DNA of 7,050 nt, taken from Tubiluchus corallicola (lineage: Eukaryota > Animalia > Priapulida). Location: the NCBI GenBank assembly GCA_030141605.1, contig JAQGDQ010002239.1, positions 1-7,050 of the forward strand. Reading direction: 5' to 3'. Position numbers and translations under genes: made by a program. Below the pieces are notes generated by a model. It did no database searches, was not told where the DNA came from, and saw nothing but the letters and a program-made list of their open reading frames with translations. Below are positions 6,546 through 7,050 of the stretch, piece by piece. Position 1 is the stretch's first letter. Every line of letters starts with the position of its first letter.

Positions 6546-7050
6546 ATGTTCTAAGCTAATTATTCAAATACAAGGAACAACTGTTAACTTTTATAGGGTA
6601 GAAAATGTATATTTTGGACAGTAAATTAAAATGAGACTGAGTCTAAACAATCGTCCGGTCTTCGTTTAAACGATGTTACTCCTTGTTTGCGCCTGCTGGT
6701 TCAATTTCGATTTTCGAGCATTTTGAAAGTTGAAGATTTCTGTAAAAACAACGCACAAATGTGTCTACATTGTGGGCATTTGTTCTGTGTCCACGAAATG
6801 TCCAGTTCTAACGATTCTCTTTGCTTGTAACATTGCAAACATTGTAACATATTAATACCGTGTCAAATCTTATCTCGGATTTATTCCTACCGTCTTTCGC
6901 CAGTGTATAAACAGTCTGTTGGTGATGAAATTTTACAACTCTCGTCGTGTTTTCTATATGCTGTTTTGTTTTTATTTATGATTATGTGAATTTACATTAG
7001 AATTGATAATTATGTTTATTATAATTGTACTCGCTGTTTTTCATAGAAAG

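Noticed and set aside
6630-6988. Plus-strand CGHLFC...CKHC as a RING finger
   Set aside because: Two required cysteine positions are Glu (GAA) and an in-frame stop lies at 6828-6830; probably chance.

Overview
AT-rich, repeat-dense, apparently non-genic DNA from a eukaryote, most consistent with an invertebrate animal genome. I see no intact protein-coding gene, RNA gene, CRISPR array or operon; the supplied ORFs are repeat artefacts or decayed retroelement pieces. The window is a mosaic of: decayed non-LTR retrotransposon (LINE) fragments (+ ORF2 C-terminus ~400-720, + endonuclease GDFN motif ~1590-1680, - ORF2 C-terminal part ~5465-6175); a ~150-180 bp repeat family in five direct and inverted copies; a 502-bp minus-strand retroposon 3' end with a triplicated stem-loop unit inserted between two of those copies; a 16-bp minisatellite of RFX X-box-like motifs; a foldback element with 14/15-bp tandem arms that hosts a Helentron/DINE-1-like non-autonomous element containing a (GAT)n tract; and microsatellites. 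I cannot support a new biological system here. The most noteworthy items are the nested insertions, the G-U-compatible triplicated hairpin and the X-box array. Family assignments come from recalled motifs, not database searches.
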